Assembly: GCA_965247115.1 (NCBI GenBank)
Contig: CBDFGR010000001.1
Span: 1-64,000, forward strand
Origin: Myxococcota bacterium
Lineage (GTDB): Bacteria; Myxococcota_A; UBA9160; SZUA-336
DNA length: 64,000 bases
Reading direction: 5' to 3'
Shown: positions 17,661 to 29,000 of the stretch, one piece after another
How the letters are laid out: every line of letters begins with the position of its first letter
Position numbering within the stretch: position 1 is the stretch's first letter
Translations under genes and position numbers: made by a program
Notes under the pieces: generated by a model
What the model saw: only the letters and a program-made list of their open reading frames with translations
Databases searched by the model: none
What the model was told of the DNA's origin: nothing

Positions 17661-18212
17661 ATGCCCAGCATGTACTCCGATCACTTCAGCGCCACGGGGG
17701 TCGTGGCCACGCTCGCGGGCGAGATCACGCTCGACATGCAGAAGCGTCTCTCCGCGGGTCTCGGCCACGCGCGGCTGCGCTACAAGCGGGCCCACATCAA
17801 CGTCGGCACGGCGGCCGGTATCGGCGACAAGCTCCGGCTCATGCAGTTCAAGTCGAGCGATCGTCTCGCGCAGCTCTTTGTCACAAGCGATGGTGGCTGC
17901 ACGGCGGGAGCCGGGGATCTAGGGCTCTACCAGTCGGGCCTTGAGCACGACGGCGCGGGGATCGACGCGGACCTCTTCGCCAGTGCGCTTGTGGTCTCGG
18001 CTGCGATCGCCCGCGTGGACGAGTTCAAGGAGGCGACCACGCTGGGAGATGGCGATCGTGGCAAGACGCTCTGGGAGCAGGCAGCCGTTGGTGCGGCCAG
18101 CTACACGGTGGACCCCGGTGGCAGCTTCGACCTCGTCATGACGATCACTATGGCTGTCACGGTGGCGGTCGTCGATCTCGTCTTCGAGGCGATCTACACC
18201 TCGGGCGACTAG
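17661..18212 (+). CDS. Virion protein (cement/decoration-like)
   Basis: Beta-rich 183 aa immediately after MCP; GGAGG RBS. Confidence 0.65.
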   Translation: MPSMYSDHFSATGVVATLAGEITLDMQKRLSAGLGHARLRYKRAHINVGTAAGIGDKLRLMQFKSSDRLAQLFVTSDGGCTAGAGDLGLYQSGLEHDGAGIDADLFASALVVSAAIARVDEFKEATTLGDGDRGKTLWEQAAVGAASYTVDPGGSFDLVMTITMAVTVAVVDLVFEAIYTSGD

Positions 18213-18218
18213 CCCAAG

Positions 18219-18268
18219 CCCTTACCCGCTGAGGTTCTTGAGTCTTCCTCTCCCTCAGCGGGCGAGGG
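18219..18268 (+). other. Strong intergenic hairpin after the head genes
   Basis: CCCTTACCCGCTGAGG/CCTCAGCGGGCGAGGG; no U-tract. Confidence 0.5.
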
Positions 18269-18290
18269 GAGCTGGGAGGGGGGGTGAGCT

Positions 18291-18851
18291 ATGCCGAGCG
18301 TGACGGACATCGCGAACCGCGCACTGTCGCGGGTCGGCGACAACCGGATCCTCGCGCTCACGGAGGACACCCCGCAGGCGCGTGCCGTGAACGAGGCCTG
18401 GGAGATGATCCGCGACGAGGTCCTGCGGGCGCATCCCTGGGGCAGCTGCCAGGCTCGAGTACAGCTTGCGAAGGAGGCGACGGGGCCCGACTTCGAGTAC
18501 GACAACCAGTACCCGCTGCCTCCCGACTGCGTGACGGTGAACGAGCTCTATGGGACGGATCTCCCGTGGGTCGTGGAGGGGCGCAAGGTCCTGACGGACG
18601 CGGGGCCTCCGCTGAACGCGCGCTACACGAAGCGGGAGACGGACGCGAACAAGTACGACCCCCTCCTCTCCTCAGCGCTCGCCTCGCGCCTCGCGGCTGA
18701 GGTCGTGGAGGAGCTCACGCAGTCGAACACGAAGGGCGACACGCAGTTCAAGCTCTACCAGCAGATCCTCCGGGTGGCCAAGCGCTCGGATGGCCAGGAG
18801 CAGTCCGACATGCCCTTTGCGGAGGATTCCTGGATCCTCTCGCGGGTCTAG
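18291..18851 (+). CDS. Tail adaptor (tail tubular protein A/gp11-like)
   Basis: SVTDIANRALSRVG...VLRAHPW...YPLPPDC. Confidence 0.85.
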   Translation: MPSVTDIANRALSRVGDNRILALTEDTPQARAVNEAWEMIRDEVLRAHPWGSCQARVQLAKEATGPDFEYDNQYPLPPDCVTVNELYGTDLPWVVEGRKVLTDAGPPLNARYTKRETDANKYDPLLSSALASRLAAEVVEELTQSNTKGDTQFKLYQQILRVAKRSDGQEQSDMPFAEDSWILSRV

Positions 18852-18855
18852 CGTC

Positions 18856-21081
18856 GTGCCGAAGGCCTCGCCCGCCGTCCTCGCCTTCAACGGCGGGATC
18901 TTCTCGCCCGAGCTCGAGGGGCGCACCGACCTTACGAAGTACGGATCCGCCTGCCGGATCATGCAGAACTTTGTGCCCCGGATCGCAGGCGCGGCCCGGA
19001 AGCGGAGTGGCACGCGCTTCGTGAACGAGGTGAAGACCTCGGCCAACGTGACGCGCCTCGTGTCCTTCGAATTCGGCACCACCCAGGCCTACGTGCTCGA
19101 GTTCGGGAACCTCTACATGCGGGTCTACCGGAACGGTGGGATCATCCTGGTCGGTGCAGGTCCGACGGTCTTCGAGCTCGTGACCCCGTACACGACGGCG
19201 CAGATTGACGCGCTCCAGCTCGCGCAGAGCGCCGACGTGCTCTACGTGGCCCACCCGAGTCACGCGCCACAGAAGATCACTCGCACGGCGCACGACGCGT
19301 GGACGATCACGGAGATTGCATTTGACTGGCAGCCTTTTAGTCCGGAGAACATCGACGAGTCGATCACCGTCTACGCCTCGGCCGCCACGGGATCCACCAC
19401 GCTCACGGCGACCTCCGGGATCTTCACCTCCGACATGGTCGGGGGCTCCTTCAAGATGCGCGAGCTCATTGGCTCCCATCACGGGGAGTGGGAGCCCGCC
19501 TCACCGAACACGGACTACAACGGGCTCTTCGCCACCGGAGACACGCGCTACTGGGGGGGAAACGTCTACGAGTACAGCGCGGGTGCAGGGAATACGGGGA
19601 CGAGTCCGCCGATCCACAAGACCGGCACGGAAACGGATGGCCATCTGCTCTGGCTTTATCGCCACTCCGGAGCTGGCTACGTGAAGATCACCGGCTATAC
19701 GAGCCCCACGGTGGTCACGGGGACGGTCACGAAGCGGCTGCCCGCCTCCATGATCGGGTCCGGGAGCCCAACCTTCCGCTGGTCGCACGGAGCCTGGAGC
19801 GACAAGAACGGCTTCCCGCGCAGCGTGACCTTCTTCGAGGATCGCCTCGCGTGGGCCGGAACCTCGGGCAACCCACAGACCATCTGGCTCTCGCGCACGG
19901 GCCAGTACGAGGACCATCAGCAGACCGACGAGGACGAGAGCGCGCTGATCTTCACGCTAAACACCGACCAGGTGAACGTGATCGAGTGGCTCTCGGCCGG
20001 CGAGGTCCTGGTGATCGGGACGGCGGGCGCAGAGTTCGTCCTCTCCGCCTCGAACCGGACGGACGCGCTCACCCCAGGGAACGTGCGAGCACCCCGCCGT
20101 GGGACGAGCGGTAGCAAGTCGGGTGTTCAGCCGATCCGGGTCGGAGAGGTCGTGCTCTTCGTGCAGCGCGCGGGGCGCAAGCTGCTCGAGTTCGTCTTCG
20201 ACTTCGACACGGACTCCTACGTCGCGCCGGACATGACGATCCTGGCCGAGACCGTCACGCAGCCGGGGATCGGTGCGATGGCCTACCAGCAGGAGCCGAA
20301 CCGCCTCGTCTGGTGCGTGCTCGACGATGGGCAGCTCGTCTCCTTCACCTACGAGCGCGAGCAGCAAGTGACGGCTTGGCACACGCATCCGATTGGCGGC
20401 GCGGGCGTCGCTGTGGAGAGCGTTGCAACCATCCCGCACCCGACGGGCGACCGGGACCAGGTGTGGCTCATCGTCAAGCGCACGATCGACGGGGCGACGA
20501 AGCGCTATGTCGAGTACATCGAGAAGGACTGGGAGCCCACAGACATCGAGGACTCGTTCTTTGTGGACTCGGGGCTCACGTACGATGGTGTGGCCGCCAC
20601 CGTGATCTCAGGGCTCACGCATCTGGAAGGGGAGAGCGTCACGATCCTGGCGGATGGGGCCGCGCACGCCTTGAAGACCGTGAGCTCGGGGTCGATCACG
20701 CTGGACCGCTCGGCCTCTGTCGTCCAGGTGGGGCTCAACTACCAGGGCACGGTTCAGATCATGCGCCTCGAGGCGGGAGCGGCCGATGGGACCGCGCAGG
20801 GCAAGACGAAGCGCATCACGCGCGCAGTGTTCCGGCTGTACCAGTGCGGGGGGGCCTTCCTCTACGGGCCTGACGACGTGCAGGCGAACATGGATGAGTA
20901 CTCCTTCCGGAAGCCCTCCGATCTGATGGATACGGCCGTCCCGCTCTTCTCGGGCGATACGAAATCGCTCAAGTTCCAAGGGCCCTATGAGCAAGAAGGA
21001 CGCGTGACCTTCCGACACTCCTTGCCTCTTCCGTGCACGCTCGTCGCCGTTTACCCCCAGCTCCACACGCAGGACAGGTGA
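18856..21081 (+). CDS. Tail nozzle (tail tubular protein B/gp12-like)
   Basis: FNGGIFSP...RTDL..Y, AQSADVLY, FPRSVTFFEDRL. Confidence 0.9.
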   Translation: MPKASPAVLAFNGGIFSPELEGRTDLTKYGSACRIMQNFVPRIAGAARKRSGTRFVNEVKTSANVTRLVSFEFGTTQAYVLEFGNLYMRVYRNGGIILVGAGPTVFELVTPYTTAQIDALQLAQSADVLYVAHPSHAPQKITRTAHDAWTITEIAFDWQPFSPENIDESITVYASAATGSTTLTATSGIFTSDMVGGSFKMRELIGSHHGEWEPASPNTDYNGLFATGDTRYWGGNVYEYSAGAGNTGTSPPIHKTGTETDGHLLWLYRHSGAGYVKITGYTSPTVVTGTVTKRLPASMIGSGSPTFRWSHGAWSDKNGFPRSVTFFEDRLAWAGTSGNPQTIWLSRTGQYEDHQQTDEDESALIFTLNTDQVNVIEWLSAGEVLVIGTAGAEFVLSASNRTDALTPGNVRAPRRGTSGSKSGVQPIRVGEVVLFVQRAGRKLLEFVFDFDTDSYVAPDMTILAETVTQPGIGAMAYQQEPNRLVWCVLDDGQLVSFTYEREQQVTAWHTHPIGGAGVAVESVATIPHPTGDRDQVWLIVKRTIDGATKRYVEYIEKDWEPTDIEDSFFVDSGLTYDGVAATVISGLTHLEGESVTILADGAAHALKTVSSGSITLDRSASVVQVGLNYQGTVQIMRLEAGAADGTAQGKTKRITRAVFRLYQCGGAFLYGPDDVQANMDEYSFRKPSDLMDTAVPLFSGDTKSLKFQGPYEQEGRVTFRHSLPLPCTLVAVYPQLHTQDR

Positions 21082-21086
21082 TCGTT

Positions 21087-21557
21087 ATGGGGATTGACCC
21101 GATCACGCTGGCCGCGATTGCAGCCGTGACACAGCTCGCGGGCGGCGTCTTCCAGGCGCGTGGTGCGCAGGCCGAGGCGGACGCGGTGGCTTCTGCCGCG
21201 GAGTACAACCAGGCCCTGGCCCTTCAAGAGGGACGGGCCGAGGAGCGGCGTCGGCGGCGTGTCGCCCGACGGGAGCTCAGTAGCCAGCGCGTGGCCTACG
21301 CGAAGGCCGGGGTGACGCTCGAGGGTTCGCCTCTCCAGCGCCTGGGCCAGAACGCTGCGGAGTTCGAGGTGGACGCCCTGAACGTCGGGGTCGCATCCCG
21401 GAACACGGCAAACCTCGAGCGGAAGCGCGCACGGAGTGCTCGACGCATCGGGCGTCGCCAGGCGGGGGCCGCGTTGCTCTCGGGTGTCTCGCGAGCGGCC
21501 TCTCTCGGGGCGCAGATCCTTCCATTGAAGAAGCAGCCCCCGGGGTCTGGTCCCTGA
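21087..21557 (+). CDS. Internal virion/ejection protein (gp14-like)
   Basis: MGIDPITLAAIAA...YAKAGVTLEGSPL. Confidence 0.8.
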   Translation: MGIDPITLAAIAAVTQLAGGVFQARGAQAEADAVASAAEYNQALALQEGRAEERRRRRVARRELSSQRVAYAKAGVTLEGSPLQRLGQNAAEFEVDALNVGVASRNTANLERKRARSARRIGRRQAGAALLSGVSRAASLGAQILPLKKQPPGSGP

Positions 21558-23077
21558 TGCCGAAGATTCCACAGATCGCGAGCCGTCCGGTGAGGCTGGG
21601 CGCACGCGCCACGGCGCTCGACTTCGGGGGCGGTCGCGGTCTGCGAGCGGTCGGCAATGCGCTGAACGTCACCAGCATCTCCGCGGCGGCCTATTTCGAC
21701 GCAGGCCAGCGTGCCAACGTCTCGAGAGGGCTGGCGGGCTCGGCGCAGAAGCTCGACGAGCTCTCGCTCGAGTACGACGCCCGGATGGCGGCGACGAGCG
21801 ACGCGGACGATCCGACCACCGCGATCGCGGAGCTCAAGCAGGAGTACCTGACGCGCCAGCAAGAGGTCCTGAACGAATTCCGGGGCACGATCAAGGGGAC
21901 GCGCTACCAGCAGCTCTTCGACGCCCGGAGTGCGCCACTCCAGCGCGGCTTCACCCGACAGGTGAACGAGCTCGCCAGGGCCCGGGAGCTCGCAAACATC
22001 GAGGCGGGGACACTCAAGACGGTTACCGACCTCACGGATCTGGCTATCCGCACGAAGGATCCAGAGCTCCGGGACGTGTTCCTGGAGCAGATCGACGAGG
22101 TCCTGCGTGACGGCGTGGCCGCAGGGGGACTGACGCCGCGGCAGCTCGTGGAGGCCCAGATCCGGGTGGACGAGAAGGTGCGCCAGGCTGATCTCCGGAA
22201 CGAGTCGCAGACGATCGCGGACGAGTTGATGGACGGGATAGACGACCCTCGAGAGCGCCTTCGTGTGGCGCGCGAGAAGTACCCGGGCGAGCTCAGGGAT
22301 CATGTCGTTGCCAGGGTCAAGGATCGGAATGCGGAGGAGAAAGCGCTCGCCGACGCGCAGGCCGATGCGCTCTTCGACAACGCGGTGGCGCGCGCGCAGG
22401 CGCACGATCTCACGCGCGCCGAGGCGCTCGATCTCGGACTGCCGGGCGGGCGGCTCAACACGGTCATGTCGATCATCGACCATGGCCCCGTCACCCGCGA
22501 CTGGCCGCTGTTCTACAAGCTTGAGCAGGAGGGATCGAACCCTGGGACGCGGGACCAGTTCCTGGCCCGGAACCTGAATGACTTCGCGGGAGTTCTGAGC
22601 CGCAAGGAGATTGGGACCCTGCGCGAGCTCCAGCAGCGGCCGGACGAGGACGCGCTCGACAGCTACCCGGCGAAGGTGAATCGGGCGCTGGCGACCTTGA
22701 AGCTCCCGATCACGCCGGAGGACATCGCGAAGGAGGACGACAAGGACAAGGTCGCGCGGTCCACACAGTTCCGTCGGCAGATCGACGCGGAGAAGCGGCG
22801 GCGCGAGGCGGAGAAGGGTCGGCGGCTCACCTCGCCTGAGCTCAACGAGCTTGTGGACTTCGGGCTCCAAGAGGTTGCAACGGACGAGGAGGTGTTCTTC
22901 CGGGACCAGGACGTGCTGGCTCGCTTCACCCTCACCCGCGAGGACATCGACGACGTGCCGCAGGAGTTCGTCCATCGGATCGCCGATTCGCTCGAGGGCG
23001 CCGGTCTCGATCCCACGGATACCGAGCTCATCCGCCGGCAGTACTTCGACATGGTGCAGCGGGGCGACCTCCCATGA
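21557..23077 (+). CDS. Internal virion/ejection protein (gp15-like)
   Basis: MPKIP start, helical 506 aa, position. Confidence 0.75.
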   Translation: MPKIPQIASRPVRLGARATALDFGGGRGLRAVGNALNVTSISAAAYFDAGQRANVSRGLAGSAQKLDELSLEYDARMAATSDADDPTTAIAELKQEYLTRQQEVLNEFRGTIKGTRYQQLFDARSAPLQRGFTRQVNELARARELANIEAGTLKTVTDLTDLAIRTKDPELRDVFLEQIDEVLRDGVAAGGLTPRQLVEAQIRVDEKVRQADLRNESQTIADELMDGIDDPRERLRVAREKYPGELRDHVVARVKDRNAEEKALADAQADALFDNAVARAQAHDLTRAEALDLGLPGGRLNTVMSIIDHGPVTRDWPLFYKLEQEGSNPGTRDQFLARNLNDFAGVLSRKEIGTLRELQQRPDEDALDSYPAKVNRALATLKLPITPEDIAKEDDKDKVARSTQFRRQIDAEKRRREAEKGRRLTSPELNELVDFGLQEVATDEEVFFRDQDVLARFTLTREDIDDVPQEFVHRIADSLEGAGLDPTDTELIRRQYFDMVQRGDLP

Positions 23078-26000
23078 CCACGCCGCAGTTCCTCTTCGAC
23101 GACGCGGCCCAGCGGCTAAAGGAACAAGAGAGCACGGAGCCGCAGGAGACGCCGCGGGACGATCCCTTCGCGGCAGCTGCGCAGCGCCTGCGCGCCGAGC
23201 AGGACCGGGAGCAGGGGCGCGCTCAGCTCGGAGCCGTGCTCTCCACGCGGACGAACCCGGCCCAGCGGGCGGAGTCGCTCGGGATCGCGGAGCGGCTCGG
23301 GCTGCCGGTGGACGTAGTCGAACGCGACCTTCCGGGCTGGCGCAAGCGAGCGCGGCTCCAGCGGCCGGACCTCGCGGCGCTCTACGGCAGCCGCACCCTG
23401 CGCGAGGTCTTGGCCGGCAACCTTGGGCCCTTTCTGCTGGACGACCCGGGAGCCGTGCGCGCGATCAGTCAGGAGCTCTCCGAGGCACCGGCAGGCACGT
23501 TCGGCCAGGTGGTGTCGGCCCGTTTTCGGCGTGGGCTCCGGACGCCCGACCACGGCGAGCTCGGTACAAAGGTCATGCTGGGCATGGCGTCCGCAGAGGA
23601 GCGTCAGCGCTTCGAGCGCCAGCGCAGATTCCCCGTGGTTGTCCCGAACGCACCGGGCCCGCTTGACGACTTCGTCGGCATTGTCGCGGAGCAGCTCCCG
23701 ATCCTCTTCAACATCGGCCTGCACGCGGGTGCCGGAGCCGCGATTGGGGGGGCGGTCTTCGGCGTAGGTGGCTCGGTCATCCCGGTTGCAGGTACAGCGG
23801 CAGGCGCGGCCACGGGGGCCGCTGCGGGCGCAGTCACAGGCGCGGGGTTGGCGACGTTCAAGCTCGAAGGCGGCAACGCCTACTCCGAGCTCCTCACGCT
23901 CGCCGAGGAGATCTCGGGAGAGACGGGTGAGCAGATCCCGCACGAGGCGATTGTCGGCACCTCGATCCTCGTGGGAGGGGTGAACGGCGCGCTCGAGTTC
24001 ATCGGGGCCCGCGCGATCGCGCGCTTCTCGGGGCTCAATGCGCTCATCCGGACCCTGAACCAGCACGGCGCGAAGGATCTCCTTCTCGATCGCGGGATGC
24101 GCGGGACGCTCGTCGCCTTCGGGAAGCACGTCGTCCAGGCGACGGCGACCGAAGGCACGACCGAGGTGCTGCAGGAGACGAGCAACGTCGTCGCCGGCAA
24201 CGTGCTCGTGCGCGCCACGACGATCGAAGAGCCCGAGCTTCTCACGGCCATGAACGCGAAGCGGGTTCTGCAGGCGGGCATGGAGGGCGCGATCGCGGGC
24301 GGTGGGATCACGGCAGGTGGGCGCGTCGTCTCCACCGCCGGCGCGGAGGCGCGCAAGGCCCTCGTGACCCGGGAGAAGGGGCTCCGGCTCGACCGACTCG
24401 TGAAGCTCGCCGACGCGTCGCAGGCGCGCGATGCCAGCCCCACGGGCTTCCGCAAGATGGTTGCCGGGCTCGCAGAGGAGTCCGGAGGCGATCCGAACGT
24501 CTACATCGGAGCGCAGGGGTTCGTGACCTACTTCCAGGAGGCCGACGCGGATCTCGACGCGCTTGCCGAGGCCATCCCTGAGGTGCTCGAGCAGCTTCCG
24601 GAGGCTGCCGCTGCGGGCGGTGATCTCGTGGTGCCGGTCGCCGATTACGTGACGCATCTGCGCGAGCACCACGAGGGCCTCGCTCGCTTCGTCCGTCACG
24701 ACGTGGAGGGCCTGACTCTCGAAGAGGCGGAGGGCGTGGAGGAGTCCGCTTCGGAACGTCTCGAGAGCGAGCTCTCCGAGCTTGCGCCGGAAGTCGAGGG
24801 CGAGCTCTCGCGCGGGGAACAGGTGGCGGAGAGCTTCATGCAGCAGCTCATGACCGCCGGGACGATGCGCGGCGAGGACGCGCGGATTGTGGCCGAGCTC
24901 CTGCGCGTGAACGCAGAGCGCCGCGCGCAGGGTCCCGCGGGAGAGCGCGCCTTCGAGCAAGCGGAGGACGTGCGTGTGGAAGGGCCGGTCACGGAAGAGC
25001 CGGCGGTACGCAGGACGCAGCCGAGCCTCGAGTCGGTGCTCCAGCGCCGAGAGCTCGAGCAGCTCCTGGACGACCTCAGAGAGGGCAGGCAACCGGAGCT
25101 CCAAGGGCTGCCTCAGAGGCCCGTGATCCAGCGCATGATGGAGCAGGGGGGTGTGGACCCGAGTTCACCCTTGGCCTCTGAGCTGCGCGCGCTGGGGATC
25201 GAATCCTCAGGGCCTGGCTCGGTCCCCGGTCTGTTTCGTCGTGGGGGGAAGAAGGCGGTGGACGACTTCGACTTCTCGACGGACCCGCTCTTCCTGACGG
25301 TGCCGCAAGACGAGTTCGGCCGGCCCGAGGAGAACGCGGTGCTTGATGTGATCGACCGTGAGCTGCGTGGTCAGCCGCTTCGGACAGAGGCGGAGCTCGA
25401 GCAGATTCAGGCGCTGCGCATCCCGAGGGAGCAGCTCGAGCAGACGCTGGAGCAGCTCGACCTGGACATCCAGGAGCTCTCGAATCGGGAGGTCCTCGCG
25501 GCGATCTCTCGGGTGCCGCGTGGCGGTGACTTCCTTCAGGGGAGTCCGCGCGATCCCAAGGGAGAGATCTCCTTCAGCCGCGATCTCGAGAACGTGGTGA
25601 TCCGGCTCACGGAGTCCGCCGATCTATCAACCGCTCTCCACGAGTTCGGCCACCTCTTCTTCGAGTTCCTCCAGCAGGACGCGGGGCTCGAGGGTGCCGA
25701 CGCTCAGCTACAAGCCGACTTGCAGACTGGGCTCGACTTCATCGGCGCGAAGGACGTGGACTCCATCACGAACGAGCAGCACGAGACATGGGCTCGCGCC
25801 TTCGAGGCGTACCTGCGTGAAGGAAACGCTCCCACCGTAGAGCTCCAGTCGGCGTTCCAGCGTTTCCGCGCCTGGCTGATCAACGTCTACCGGAACGTCC
25901 GGCAGCTTCGCGTTGAGCTCAATCCTGAGATCCGCGCGGTCTTCGATCGCCTCCTTGCTACTGACGACGCGATTCGCGAGGCGCGCGAGGCGCGGCAGCT

Positions 26001-29000
26001 TCTCCCGGCCTTCGACTCCGCGGAGTCTGCGGGAATGACGCAGCGGGAGTTCGCCGATTATCAGCGTGCGCTTCAAGTTGCGAACGCGGCGGCTCAGGAG
26101 GACCTGGACCAGCAGATGCTCCGGGAGCTCCGGAGGGTGCAGACGGAGCAGTGGAAGCGCGACCGGGAGGCCGTGCGGAGGCAGGTGGAGGCGGATATCA
26201 ACGCCCAGCCGGTCTACCAGGCTCGTCACTGGCTGCAGCACGGGGAGATGCTCGAACGTCCGAGCCCTGAGGGACTCGAGCACAGGAAGCTTAGCCGCGA
26301 CGCGCTCGTACAGATGTACGGGAAGAACATCCTCAAGGTGCTGCCGCGGGGCAGAAACGGCTTCTGGCAGGCGCGCGACGGCGTCCACCCGGACCTCCTG
26401 GCCGATGTGTTCGGCTTCCCCTCGGGCGATGCGCTCGTGCGGGCCCTCCAAGCCTCAGGCAACCGGCAGGCCGTGATTGATCAGGAGACGGAGACCCGGA
26501 TGCGGGAGCGCTTCGGGGACATGCGTCGGGACGGGACGCTGGCCGACAAGGCGCTTGGTGCGACGGAGCGGGACCAGACCGGGCGCTTCTTAGTAAGGGA
26601 GGTCCGGGCACTGGCCAAGCGGGCGGGCATCCGCCCGACGCCGGTCCAAGTGGCGCGCGCCGCGTCAGAGCGTCTGGTCGGCGAGAAGCGGATCCGGGAT
26701 TTGCGGCCCGGCGTGCACCGCTCCGCCGAGGCCCGCATGGCGCGGCAGGCCGTGGAGGCCATCGCAGCGCAGGACTGGACCACGGCGCACGACGCGAAGC
26801 GGAAGCAGCTGCTCAACCACTACCTCGCGATGGAGTCCACGAAGGCTCGGGAGCGCTCACTCAAGAATCGGGCCTTCCATCGGCGCTTCGCGGAGGGCCG
26901 GGTCCGATCCAGGATCGGGCTCGCCGGAGAGTCCTATCTGGACCAGATCGACGCACTCCATGACCGCTTTGACTTCCGCCGCATCTCGGACAAGGCCGCA
27001 GACCGACGGCAGGCCTTGGCGGACTGGATCACCGAGCGGGAGGAGGCTGGTGAGGTCGTAACGATCGACGAGGACCTCCGGAACGACGCGTTCCGCACGC
27101 CCTGGCGGAACCTCACGGTGAACCAACTCGATGGGCTCACGGATGCGGTCCAGAACATCGACCACCTCGCGAAGCTGAAGCTTGAGCTCCTAACGGTGCA
27201 GGGGAAGCGTGAGCTTGAAGCGCGGGTCGGCCAGGCCGTGGAGACCATCCGGGAGAACGCCCGCACGACGAAGCCCCGGGAGATCGAGACGCGGGATCCG
27301 GCTGAGCAGCGTAGGACCACGATGGGCGACTACTTCGCCTCTCACCGGAAGCTCTCGAGCCTCATTCGGGAGATGGACGGGATGCAGGACGGCGGGACCC
27401 TGTGGGAGCTCCTGGTCCGGCCGCTGAACGAGAAGGGAGACTTCGAGGCAGACGAGCGCGCGAAGGTCACGATGCAGCTCTCCGAGATCTTCCAGCCCTA
27501 CCTCGGCTTCGGGGAGGCCCTGCGGAAGACGGCGGCGAAGGTCACGCTGGGTACGCTGACGAAGCCCTCTCTGCGCCAGAAGTTCGTGGTGCCCGGAATG
27601 AACATCTCGCTCTCCCACGAGGCCCGGCTGATGGTTGCGCTGAACATGGGGAACGCCGTGAACGAGCAGCGAATCCTCGACGGGCACGGCTGGAGCGCGG
27701 CGGATGGTGCGGCCATCCTGGACACGCTCACGCCGACGGACGTGGAGTTCCTGAATCAGATCTGGGAGGCCATCGACTCCTACTGGCCGGAGATCGCGGC
27801 GAAACAGAAGCGTGTCGCGGGCGTCGCCGAGGAGAAGGTGGAGGCGGTGCCCCGGGATGTGCCGGGCGGGCATCTGCGCGGAGGCTACTTCCCGATCTCC
27901 TTCGACGAGCGGCTGAGCCCGCGGGCAAGCGCGAACATCGCAGCGGACGCGGCGAAGCAGGCCATGAGGGGCGCGTATACCCGCGCCTCTACCCGCAGGG
28001 GCCACACGAAGGCCCGGTTCCGAGGCGACGTGGTGCGGCCCATTCGACTCGACTTTGGCGTCATCTTCGAGCACTTCGACCAGGTCATCCATGACCTCGC
28101 CTTCCACGAGTGGCTGATCGACGCCAACAAGATCGTGGGGGATCGGCGGGTGCAGAGCGCGATCCTGGATGGCTACGGCTTCCCGGTCCTGCGCCAGATC
28201 CAGCACGCGATCGAGGACGTGGCGGCCGGCAGCCTGCCGGCGCAGACCTCCTTCGACCGCGCGATGAACTACCTCCGAAAGGGGAGTTCGATCTCCGGCA
28301 TGGGCTTCAACGTGATTACGGCGCTGCTCCAGCCCTACGGCCTTACGCAGTCCATGGTTCGAATCGGTCCGAAGTGGGTCGGCCGAGGCCTCATGCGCTG
28401 GATGCGCGACGCCGCGACGATGGAGAACACGGCGGCCTGGATCGCGGACAAGTCCACCTTCATGAAGCTCCGGCCGCGAACTCAGCAGCGGGAGATCAAC
28501 GAGATCCAGAACCGTGTGGGCGGTGGCGACGTGTTCTCTCCCGTGATGGACGCCTACTTCTACATGATCGTGAAGATGCAGCTGGTCGCGGACATCCCGA
28601 CCTGGCTCGGCGCCTACGAGAAGGCGATGGATGCGGATGGCAACGAGGCTCGAGCGGTAGCCCTCGCGGACCAAGCCGTGCTGGATGCGCAGGGCGGCGG
28701 GCAGATCAAGGACCTGGCGCAGATCCAGCGTGGGAGCCCGCTCCAACGGCTCTGGACGAACTTCTACAGCTTCTTCAACACGACCTTCAACTTGACGGCG
28801 GAGTCGTGGCGACGCACGAACTTCAAGCAGCCGCGCGAGGTCGGGCGCTTCGCTGTGGACATGCTGCTGCTCTACACGGCGCCGGCGGTCCTGACGGAGA
28901 TGATGCGGGACGCGATCCAGGGGAGCGGGGATGACGATGCGGACCTCCCGGAGAAGCTGGTGCGCTGGCAGCTCGAGTACCTGGCCGGGACGATGGTGGG

